Shown: piece by piece, positions 1 to 9,390 of the stretch
How positions within the stretch are numbered: the stretch's first letter is position 1
Layout of the letters: each line of letters starts with the position of its first letter
NCBI RefSeq assembly: GCF_006345805.1
Contig: NW_021824787.1
Coordinates: 1-17,865 of the forward strand
Length of the DNA stretch: 17,865 nucleotides
Source: Octopus sinensis
Lineage: Eukaryota
Direction: 5' to 3'
The notes under the pieces: generated by a model
Database searches by the model: none
What the model saw: the letters and a program-made list of their open reading frames with translations, nothing else
Told to the model about the DNA's origin: nothing
Program-made: the position numbers and the translations under genes

Positions 1-336
1 ACAGTCAAGTTTACTCTTCTGATTGTGTCCTGCGGAGAATTCCATCAAACAAATCTGGGGGTCCGGTCACTTTTTTTTTTATTTATTTGTCCGGAGATAA
101 AAGTTTCCATTTACGTCATGTACACAACCCTTGCTGACTTTCTCATTAAAAAAAAATCTTGTATTTCGATAAAGTAAACAATAGCAGTAGTAGCGGATGT
201 GGTAATGGTGGTTGTGGTAGTGGTGATGGCGGCGGTGTGATTTGTATTGATAGATATGTAAGATTTTGATTTTCTCGTCTATTGATGCACAAGATTTTGT
301 GTGAACGTATATGTGTGTGTGTGTGTGTGTGTGTAA

Positions 337-408
337 CTTTCCAACAGTGCTTAGAAGAGATATTCCACGGAAATTGTTACAATCACCACGGCCACCTTTG
401 TTTTTGTT
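337..408 (-). mobile_element. Isolated ~70-bp fragment of the same RTE family (start of RT domain)
   Basis: Minus strand reads NKNKGGRGDCNNFRGISLLSTVGK. 337-380 matches 2390-2433 at 43 of 44 nt. Confidence 0.85.
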
Positions 409-452
409 ATATATAATCTATGGATTATGATTTGTATATTTATATATATATA

Positions 453-493
<41 letters not shown>

Positions 494-850
494 ATATATG
501 ATATATATATATATATACTTTATATCTATTATGTATCCATCTATCTATCTCTCTCTTCTTTCTCTCTTCTCTCTCTCTCATTCTCTCTCTCCCTGTCTAT
601 ATTGTGTCTGCGCTTGTGTGTATGTATGTGTACTTGTATGCATATGTGTATATATATAATATATATATATCTATATATATATATGTATATTATATTTCTT
701 CAGTGTATTTACTGCTGCGGTGATGTTTTAACCATATCGCACATGGAATTAAGAAGTGGGCATCTTAAACTGGTCATGTTGCATACGTGCATATATATGT
801 TCGTATACGTTCGTATATGTAAGTGTTCGCTTGGTGTATGTATATATATA

Positions 851-2437
851 TTGTTGTTGGCATCCTTTTTGTCTCGGGAGACAATGGAGTTGCACATAAA
901 GTAGTCTAGTCCGGCTTTTACATTTCATGTCCTGATACATTTCCTGCTGTGGCTGTGTAGTCCTATCCTGGACAAACACTCCCTCTAGCAGGTACCGCAA
1001 ATGTAGCGAAGACTGTTCCTGGCTGGTTGTAATGCCATAGTTTCTTGTTGACGTCTTTTCTTGTCTTTCCATTTCTCCTCTCTCTCTCTCTCTCTGTCAC
1101 TCCTTTGTATTCCCTCTTTTACGGTACGTCGCCAGTCTCCACGGTTGCCGGCAACTGCCTCCCAACCGCTAATGTTGATGTTGCAGGCCTTCATGTCACC
1201 TTTGCAAACATCCTTGTAACGTAAGAACGGTCTACCCACAGACCTAGTACCCCTAGCAAGCTCTCCGTAGAGTATGTCCTTGGGGATTTTGCCATCTTTC
1301 ATACGGCTAACATGCCCAAGCCATCTCATACGTCTTTGTGTGAGTAGTGCAAACATGCTTGGTATTCCTGCTTGCCTGAGGACATCTTTGTTGGGGATAT
1401 GATTCTGCCATTTGATGTAGAGGATTTTCCGGAGGCAGCGCAGGTGAAAGATGTTTAGGCGACGCTCTTGGCGTGTGTATAGCGTCCAAGTCTCACTTCC
1501 ATACAGTAAAGTGCTAAGTACACATGCCTGGTAGATCTTCATTTTCGTGGTCTTGGTCAGCTTGTTGTTGTCTCAAGCCCGTTTGGAGAGTTGGGCCATC
1601 GCAGCAGCTGCCTTGCCAATGCGTATATTGAGCTCAGCGTCAAGGGATAGGTTGTAGGTGACGGTAGAGCCAAGATAGGTAAACTTCTCACCTCTTGTAA
1701 TCTGTGGTCTCCAATATGTATGTTTGGGATGTCCGATGTCCTGACCCTGATGTTGGTCTTCTTAAGGCTGATAGCTAAGCCAAAGTCGTTACATGCTTGC
1801 TCAAACAGTTAATGAGCCTTTGGAGGGCTTCTTCTGTGTGTGATACCAGAGCGGCATCATCAGCAAATAGAATCTTGATCAGGACGTTTCTGATTTTGGT
1901 CTTGGCACGCAGGCGCGAGAGATTGAACAGTTTCCCGTCACTTCTATTGTGCAGAAACACCCCATCATCTGATGTCTGAAAGGCATGTGAGAGTAAGAGC
2001 GAGAAGATGCCAAACAATGTAGGAGCGAGGACACAGCTTTGCTTTACCCCGTTTTTTATTTGGAAGGCGGCTGATGTTGAACCGTTGTGCTGTATGGTGC
2101 CTTGCATGTTATCATGGAAAGACTTGATGATCCTCAGCAGCTTTGGTGGACATCTGATTTTTTGGAGCAGGATGAAGAGGCCTGTTCTGCTTACCAAGTC
2201 AAAGGCCTTTGTTAGATCAATGAAGGCCATATATAATGGCATTTTCTGCTCTCTGGACTTCTCCTGAAGTTGGCGTATGGAGAATATCATATCGATAGTT
2301 GATCTGCTTCTTTTAAAGCCACACTGCGATTCCGGATAGATTAGAGAAGCAAGTAGTTATAGCCTGGCCAGAGTAACGCGGGCAAAGGTCTTTCCAACAG
2401 TGCTTAGAAGAGATATTCCACGGTAATTGTTACCGCA
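851..2437 (-). mobile_element. 5'-truncated, degenerate RTE-clade LINE (RT domain to 3' end)
   Basis: Broken frames give NYRGISLLSTVGK, YPESQCGF, DMIFSIRQLQEK, FIDLTKAFDLV, GVKQ..VLAPTLF, LFADD, KFTYLGS, LLYGSETW, RWLGHVSRM, LYGEL and a terminal CGTC*RECLSRIGLHSHSRKC finger (true stop 925-927). The 3' UTR has a TTGTCTC-GG-GAGACAA hairpin (869-884) and a CAA tail. There are several frameshifts and stops. Confidence 0.92.
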
Positions 2438-2747
2438 ACCTTTTAAGATAAAAGTTATTCTAAAATCGCGTTAGGCTTTGTTAAGTGCTAAGTAATACAT
2501 GGACTGCTAGAGGACGTGTTAAACAATAAATTACTTTACGGGATATTTAAACCACAATATAACCGACATAGGTACACCTTCCGAAACCCAGCCATATGCG
2601 TAATACCAATTTGTCAAGATGCATATGGGATTCGCCAGATAAACCCATAAGTTTCAGCGCTAATTAGAAAATTTTGAAGATATGCGAATAACTACGACCA
2701 GTTTCGACATTCAGTATCTATACGCATTGAGTGGCTAAGAGCTATAC

Positions 2748-3154
2748 TCTTTTTTACTCTTTTACTTGTTTCAGTCATTTGACTGTGGCCATGCTGGAGC
2801 ACCGCCTTTAGTCGAGCAAATCGACCCCGGGACTTATTCTTTGTAAACTTAGTACTTATTCTATCGGTCTCCTTTGCCGAACCGCTAAGTGACGGGGACG
2901 TAAACACACCAGCATCGGTTGTCAAGCAATACTAGGGGGACAAACACACACACACACACACATACAGACATATATATATATACATATATACGACAGGCTT
3001 CTTTCAGTTTCCGTCTACCAAATCCACTCACAAGGCATTGGTCGGCCCGGGGCTATAGCAGAAGACACTTGCCCAATATGCCACGCAGTGGGACTGAACC
3101 CGGAACCATGTGGCTGGTTAGCAAGCTACTTACCACACAGCCACTCCTGCGCCT
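2748..3154 (-). mobile_element. tRNA-derived SINE family A, full length, with internal microsatellite
   Basis: Minus-strand A box TGGCTGTGTGG (3133-3143) and B box GGTTCAGTCCC (3090-3100), internal (CA/TA)n, 3' hairpin CAGTCA-AA-TGACTG and A-rich tail. Near-identical copy at 16876-17388. Confidence 0.9.
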
Positions 3155-3600
3155 ATATTTCTTCTTTTGAGTATCTTAAATCGCAATTCAGAACTGACAA
3201 TTTCTCCAGTTACAAGATTTCTTATTTAGTTAAGAACTATAAATTTCCACACCATTAACCGTTTCTCTGTATCACATTCGATTCTTTATCACTAAAATAT
3301 AAGCCACTGAAAGCAATCGCTCTGGCTCATTAAAATCCAAAGGTCTTCTGCCATACTCATATAATTTAGTCATCTTCAACTCTTTGCCCCTGTTCCATTT
3401 CTCTCTTCTTTACACATACATTTTTCTCTTCCTACAGCTGTCCCTCTTCTCTCTCATTCTTTACCTTATCCTCAGCATCGACCACGGGAAAAATGTACAT
3501 CGGTATAAAATATGGACTCAGAAGGCTTAGAGTTGGTACATAAACGAAATAGTAACACAAAAAATCTGTGACAGATGTGTGCACAAACACGCACGTTGGC

Positions 3601-3763
3601 GTGTCTGTGTTTGTCCCTCCACCATTGCTTAACAACATATGTTGGTGTGTTTATGTCCCCGAAACTTAGCGGTTTGGCAAATGAGAGCGTTGGATTAAGC
3701 ACTAGGCTTACAAAGAATAAGTCCAGGGGTCGATTTGTTCGACTAAAGGCGGCGCTCCAGCAT
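3601..3763 (+). mobile_element. SINE family A, 3' half
   Basis: cttagcggtttggcaaa...cttacaaagaataagtccaggggtcgatttgttcgactaaaggcgg is the reverse complement of 2785-2945. Confidence 0.85.
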
Positions 3764-3814
3764 ATATATATATTATATATATATATATATATTATATATA
3801 TATATACATATATG

Positions 3815-4047
3815 TCTTTTATCTTTTACTTGTTTCGGTTATTAGATTGCGGTCATGCTGCAGCACCACCTTAAGGGTGTGGTGAAACAAATCGACCCTA
3901 GCACCTTTTTCTTTCTTTTTTTTTTTTTTTTTGTAAGTCTGGTACTTATTTTGTTGGGTTTCTTCTTGCCGAATAGCGAAGGGGACATAAACAAACCGCA
4001 ACCGGTTATCAAGTATTGGTTGAGGAAAAAGCACAAAGACACGCACA
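3815..4047 (-). mobile_element. SINE family A, 3' half (diverged)
   Basis: ttttacttgtttc...catgctg.agcacc.cc, aaatcgaccc, gtacttatt and ggggacataaac are collinear with 2755-2940. Confidence 0.8.
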
Positions 4048-4066
4048 TTAATATATAAATATATTA

Positions 4067-4291
4067 AGGGCTGCGAGCCGGCAGAATCGTTAGCACGCCG
4101 GGCGAAATGCTTAGCGATATTTCGTCTGCTGTTACCATGTGAGTTCAAATTCTGCCGAGGTCGACTTTGCTTTTCATCCTTTTGGGGCTGATCAAATAAG
4201 TACCAATTACGCACTGGGGTCGATGTCATTGACTTAATCCCTTTCTTTATTCTTGCTTGACCCCTCTATGTTTAACCTCCTGTGGGCGGCA
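4067..4291 (+). mobile_element. tRNA-derived SINE family B
   Basis: Head GGCAGAATCGTTAG, B box GAGTTCAAATTC and body gaggtcgactttgc..tcatcc..gggg..gat.aa.taagtacca..ctggggtcgat are shared with 17503-17659. The body resembles the MetaSINE-type conserved domain (from memory, unverified). Confidence 0.82.
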
Positions 4292-4300
4292 ATATATATA

Positions 4301-4510
4301 TTAGATCGTTAGCTCCTACACGCATTTTTTTCTCTCCTTGTTTCTCTCCTTGTTTCTCTCCTTGTTTTTTTTTCTGTGTATATTTCTGTCGAAGAGCGTA
4401 GGCTCGAAACGTAAAAGACTTTTTCTATTCCTGAGCGCTATACTAATACATTTGTTAGTTTGTACTCCACCTGCCTTCGTCTTTTTTTTATTTTCGTAAA
4501 CTTCCCTTTA
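4301..4510 (+). mobile_element. Short interspersed element with a minimal hammerhead-like motif (Penelope LTR-like or retrozyme-like)
   Basis: TTT-CTGTCGA-A-GAGC-GTAG-GCTC-GAAAC-GTA-AAA at 4383-4416, bounded by (TA)n on both sides. Shares TTCCTGAGCG with 5034-5240. Confidence 0.6.
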
Positions 4511-4524
4511 ATATATATATATAT

Positions 4525-4558
<34 letters not shown>

Positions 4559-4644
4559 ATATATTATTACTCTACCACTGTATTTGAGTACTCTTTTTTC
4601 CACCTTGTTTCAACATTTATGACTCCGGTATATAATATATATAT

Positions 4645-4682
<38 letters not shown>

Positions 4683-4684
4683 CG

Positions 4685-4843
4685 TGAGTTGCTTTCAGTT
4701 CAGCTCATCAGATCGACTCACAAGGTTTGGTCGTCCCGGAGGTATAGTAGAAGACTCTAGTCCAAAGTGTCATACAATGGGACTGAACGTAGAACCATGT
4801 GGCTGGGAAGCAAACTTCTTACCACACAACCGCGTTTGCGCCT
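4685..4843 (-). mobile_element. SINE family A, 5' half (diverged)
   Basis: ctcacaagg, tagaagac, gggactgaac.tagaaccatgtggc and ttaccacaca..tgcgcct are collinear with 2995-3154. Confidence 0.82.
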
Positions 4844-4892
4844 AAATATGCATACACACACACATATATATATGTGTGTGTGTGTGTATACA

Positions 4893-4894
<2 letters not shown>

Positions 4895-4978
<84 letters not shown>

Positions 4979-4994
4979 CCTCTCTCTCTCTCTA

Positions 4995-5033
<39 letters not shown>
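4895..5033. repeat. (TATC)n followed by (CT)n microsatellite
   Basis: Direct reading. Confidence 0.95.
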
Positions 5034-5240
5034 GTGACCGCGTGTGTACCGTTGGCGATTTTTTTTCCTCTGTCTTCCCTTCTCTGGATCTTTTCTTCTC
5101 CTATGTTTCCGACGAAGAGCTCTGCTCGAAACGTTAAACCCTCCTTCTTTCCTTCTTTCCTGAGCGTCCAAAAATACTATATTTGTTCCACGTCCTCGCG
5201 TTGTTGTGTTTTTTGTGCTTTCTTGTTTGGATTAACTTTA
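5034..5240 (+). mobile_element. Second short element with a minimal hammerhead-like motif
   Basis: GTTT-CCGACGA-A-GAGC-TCT-GCTC-GAAAC-GTT-AAAC at 5105-5139, lying between (CT)n and (TA)/(CATA)n tracts. Confidence 0.62.
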
Positions 5241-5282
5241 TATATATACATACATACATACATACATACATACATACATACA

Positions 5283-5317
<35 letters not shown>

Positions 5318-5412
5318 GTATGTATATGTGTGTATATGTATATAAGTAAATATGCGAGAAATACATTATCATGTGTATCTGAATATATTTCTATGTATAT
5401 ACGGAGATCTGA

Positions 5413-5466
<54 letters not shown>

Positions 5467-5477
5467 GTGCATGTGTG
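5240..5477. repeat. (CATA)n and (GT)n microsatellites
   Basis: Direct reading; a short unique spacer lies between the two tracts. Confidence 0.9.
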
Positions 5478-5782
5478 TTATATTTGGTTGTTTGACTTGA
5501 AGGCGTGTCAGCCGGACATAATGTCGTTTGCATAATTAAATGGCAAATATGCAAAACCAATTGTAGGATGCTTCTTAAGGCGGTGCACTAAAGTGGTTCT
5601 AATGGTGATATTAGAGGAAATTTAGAGCAGCATGTCCTGAGATCTAATCCGTGTTAAGCATCAAAAGTATTAAATTAAAAAATATCTACTGTAGGATAAA
5701 CTCTGTATTCATTTATCTGAAGTCTCTTCCCCTCTCCCTCCTCCTCACTGTCTCTCTCTCACACACTCCCTCTCCCTCATGT

Positions 5783-5784
5783 AT

Positions 5785-5819
<35 letters not shown>

Positions 5820-5991
5820 CACGTGTATGTATATCTCTATATATAATATATGCATATATATGTATTTATATATATATATTTGTATATATATATATATATT
5901 TACATATATATATATATATATACTTATATATATATATATATAATATAATATATATATAATATATATAATATATATATATATACACACTATA
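5783..5991. repeat. Imperfect (TA)n tract
   Basis: Direct reading. Similar tracts occur at about 436-520, 3762-3812, 4511-4565, 7386-7430 and 11746-11921. Confidence 0.95.
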
Positions 5992-6333
5992 TGAAGAGAG
6001 ACGGACTAAAGCGATGCATGATGGATGGTCATAGCCAGAAAATGAACAGCTTAACACTTAATTGTCGAAATAATTGATTGTGTAATCCCGTCATGCACCT
6101 GTACTGTCTAACATGGTGCTGAAGGCTCCGTGGCAAGGCGCCATTATTGAATGATATTTAATTGTTTTGAAATAGACCCTAGATGAGTATATTCTTCATA
6201 GAGCTGATGGAATTAGGGGCCAGAGGACGTTGAACGAGTTACAAATATACTATCTTTGATCATTTTTCAAAGATGTTACTTATATCTTTGTGAGATGAAA
6301 TGATTTCAATAGGAAATCGATATCATGTCACAG

Positions 6334-6366
6334 AGCATGGCCGCAGTCTAATGATTGAAACAAGTA
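6334..6366 (+). mobile_element. SINE family A 3' tail remnant
   Basis: agcatggccgcagtctaatgattgaaacaagtaa matches the tail at 8047-8085. Confidence 0.6.
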
Positions 6367-7384
6367 ACTGATTGAAAATGAATTAGTCTTTAGTCAAATG
6401 CTTGATTAGATGAAAATTCTATAACATTGTCTATCTACTGAAGACTTTGCTTTATTTATTTTTTTATTTTTGTGTTGTGCATTATTGTTTAGTCGGAGTA
6501 AATGGGAAAGGGAACCTCTAGATTTTGTAGAATTTCTCAGATTGGTGACATTCATGCAGTGAATTTACAGTTAGAATCTATGAATGGGTGAGGCCTGCAG
6601 GCACGATGTTTGGTACAACGGGTATTTTCAGAACGTTGCTGTTCTTGGAAAGAATAATTTGTGAAAAACTTCAATGCAGTTTCGAGTTGTGTGGTCGGAG
6701 GATGGAGATACAGGGAGGATGACGTAAAAAGCAATAAAAGATGTATCCGGTGAGCTTCAGTGGATCTGGTAGGGAAATAAATATTTCAGAAGATCAGTAA
6801 CCAGTTTAGTAGCGGTTTGTTTGTGTGCATGTGTGTGTATGTGTGTATGTATATGTGTGTATGTATGCGTCTGTGTGCGCGTGCGTGCGCGATAAAAGCG
6901 AGCTGTGTATACACACTGTTATATTTTCGTATTCTCATGCCACACTTTTTGTTACACTTTCTATTTCAGTTAAAATCAATCTATTATTGTGGCTATCCAT
7001 TTTCATGTATTAGGGGAAAAAAAAAGGCGGGAAGCAAACATGTTTCTTTTGCTTCTTTTTCTTTTTCAAGTGATTCAAAACGTTACGTTTATACAATTTT
7101 AATTTATTTAATGTTTTATATTTTTCCCATATCTATATCTGTAAACATACTGTTTCTACATATTTATGCTTCGTCAGTGTGAAGTAGCAGGCAAATCAAT
7201 TCATTACAATATTTATGAGCAGTATATTCCAGTTCTTCAAATTCTTGTCGCATTGTAGATCATTGAGACATGGATGGAATAGGAGATTAAGTTAAAAACA
7301 AATAGCTACAACCATACATATTTCGAGAGGTTGAGAAAGGTGTGTCTAAATCACATATAAAATACAGTGATGCGTAATTTATTT

Positions 7385-7415
<31 letters not shown>

Positions 7416-7537
7416 TATATAATATATATAGTTATCATAACTATATCATAATAATCATCCAATTTTTACTGACGCCCCGGGTCAAAACGTGAAGACAAAA
7501 GTATAGTAGGGAAAAATCTACCGAGGTGTGTGACAGA

Positions 7538-7602
7538 TGTTCATTTTATCGACCCTGGAATGATAAAAACGAAATCATCTGTGGTGGGATTTGATCTCAG
7601 AT
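7538..7602 (-). mobile_element. Old SINE family B-like remnant
   Basis: Reverse complement reads tgagatcaaatcccacc...ttttatcattccagggtcgataaaatgaa, similar to the family B B-box and body. Confidence 0.5.
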
Positions 7603-7734
7603 AGGATGTTAAGTATTTAAATAAAAAAACAACATTAATACCGATCATCTTGTGTATTTAACCCATATAGTACACATCTATGGATAAACAGGGCTAATTT
7701 AACTATTTATTCATAGATTGAGCACTAGATGAAA

Positions 7735-8092
7735 AAGGCGTGGCTGTGTGGTAAGAGGCTTGCTTCCCAACCACATGGTTCCAGGTTCAGTGTCTTCTAC
7801 TATATCCTCGGGCCGAATAAAGCCTTGTGAGTGGACTTGGTAAATGGAAACTGAAAGAAGCCCGTCATGTATATATATATATATATATGTTTGTGTTTGT
7901 CCCCCTCCTCTATCACTTTTCAGCCGATGCTGGAGTGTCTACGTGCCCGCAACTTAGCGGTTCGGCAAAAGAGACCGATAGAATAAGTACTAGGCTTACA
8001 AAGAATAAGTTCTGGGGTCGATTTGTTCGACGAAAGGTGGTACTCCAGCATGGCCGCAGTCAAAATGACTGGAACAAATAAAAGAATAAAAA
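7735..8092 (+). mobile_element. SINE family A, near full length, with an internal deletion in the B box
   Basis: tggctgtgtggtaag, ggttcagt, gccttgtgagtgga, gaaactgaaagaagcccgtc, (TA)n, then the 3' half and tail. Confidence 0.88.
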
Positions 8093-8605
8093 AGAAGCCT
8101 TATCGACATTCGAATCTTATTGGATTCTCATCAGAGGTGTCTGTAACCAATTTGACCAATTCCAGAGAAACCAGAAGGCAATCTGTTTATATTCTCAACA
8201 GTTTCAATAACTACAGGAAAGAGGGTCCACCAATTTGCCTATTGTAAGTGTTAATACTTTATTTAATATTAGGGACCTGTCAACAGAGATCTAAGTCCTC
8301 GCAGTATCAAGCTATGATATAATATATGGAACCTATATATGTAGTACTTTTACAAACAGGGTTAATTTAAGTGTTTCTCCATCGACTGGGAAAGCGATGA
8401 ACAATCTACCAGCTCCATTGCTTTCGTCTGCAAATAAATTAAAATTAACGAAAACACAAACACTTTGATGTATCATTTTACGATTCAAGAAATTTTCAAT
8501 TTTATTTAATTTATATTTTAAATATTTCTAGTTTTTTTTATATTCCATTGTCGTCGTCGTCGTCGTTGTTGTTGTTGTTGTTGTTTTGTAGCGTTTGTGT
8601 GTGGG

Positions 8606-8748
8606 TGTCTACGCAATCCACTCACAAGGTTATGGTTGGTCCGAGGCTGTAGCAGAAAACACTTGTTCAAGGTTCATGCAGCGGGACTGAAACTTCAGTC
8701 ACGTGGTTGGGAAGCAAACTTCTTTCCACACAGTCACACCTACGCCTA
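8606..8748 (-). mobile_element. SINE family A, 5' half (diverged)
   Basis: aatccactcacaagg, gcagaaaacacttg, gggactgaa and ccacacag..acgcct are collinear with the head of 2748-3154. Confidence 0.82.
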
Positions 8749-8799
8749 TAGCCTCGCCCGCGCCCATCCATCCATCCATCCATCCATCCATCACATACA

Positions 8800-8833
<34 letters not shown>

Positions 8834-8853
8834 CATATACATACATACATACA

Positions 8854-9390
8854 TGATGGCTGCCCCCTCGTTATCGAGTATGGCCATTGCACAAATCTTA
8901 ACTGTTATTGGTGCTGTGATCGAATGTGACTTTTTAGCCCAGCCAAAGATCTACAATGTCTTGTACAGAATTGGCAGCTAAAACCTTTAGCGGCAGTAGC
9001 CGGCTGTAGTTGTAACTGGGCTTCATGTACCTTTGCATGTCGTTTAAGTTCTCCTGCCGAATTACACTCTCTTCCACATGCCCGACAGACATGATTAGTA
9101 TGGTGTGTAACACCACCACCAGTGGCCAGGTTTTCACTCATCTGTCTCGCTTTATGACTACGAAGATGACTCTTGAGTCCAGCTTTACTGAGGCAGGGTC
9201 TTGCACAGACACTGCATGTCAGCATCATAAGAAGACCCTTCCCATCTGGAAGTATAGCAGCGATGCCCTTCCTGACATCCTTCCTTACTTTCGTTCTCCT
9301 TTAGCTAACTCTCCATAAAAGAGTTGTTTTGGCATCCTTGAACCTTCATCCTGACCAGATGACCACTCCATTTGAGCCTTTGCTTTAACA
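8854..9390 (-). mobile_element. 3' fragment of a second RTE-like LINE ending in three C2H2 zinc fingers
   Basis: LKQRLKWSGHLVRM / SRMPKQLFYGELAKG (post-RT RTE motifs) lead into ORF 8905-9228 with CSVC..HLRSH, CRAC..HAKVH and CQFC..HIRSQH. The 3' UTR has a CTCG-ATAA-CGAG hairpin followed by GCAGCCATCA. (CATA)n flanks both sides. Confidence 0.85.

Noticed and set aside
2696-2714. Minus-strand CTGAATGTCGAAACTGGTC, hammerhead-like
   Set aside because: It lacks G8-A9, stem II and a pairing stem I; at most a decayed remnant.
3085-3154. tRNA gene suggested by A and B boxes
   Set aside because: There is no full cloverleaf, and the same head recurs as part of a dispersed SINE.
8905-9228. Stand-alone host C2H2 zinc-finger gene
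   Set aside because: It has no TGEKP linkers, is directly preceded by RTE motifs and is followed by a LINE-type 3' hairpin. It is treated as a retroelement tail.
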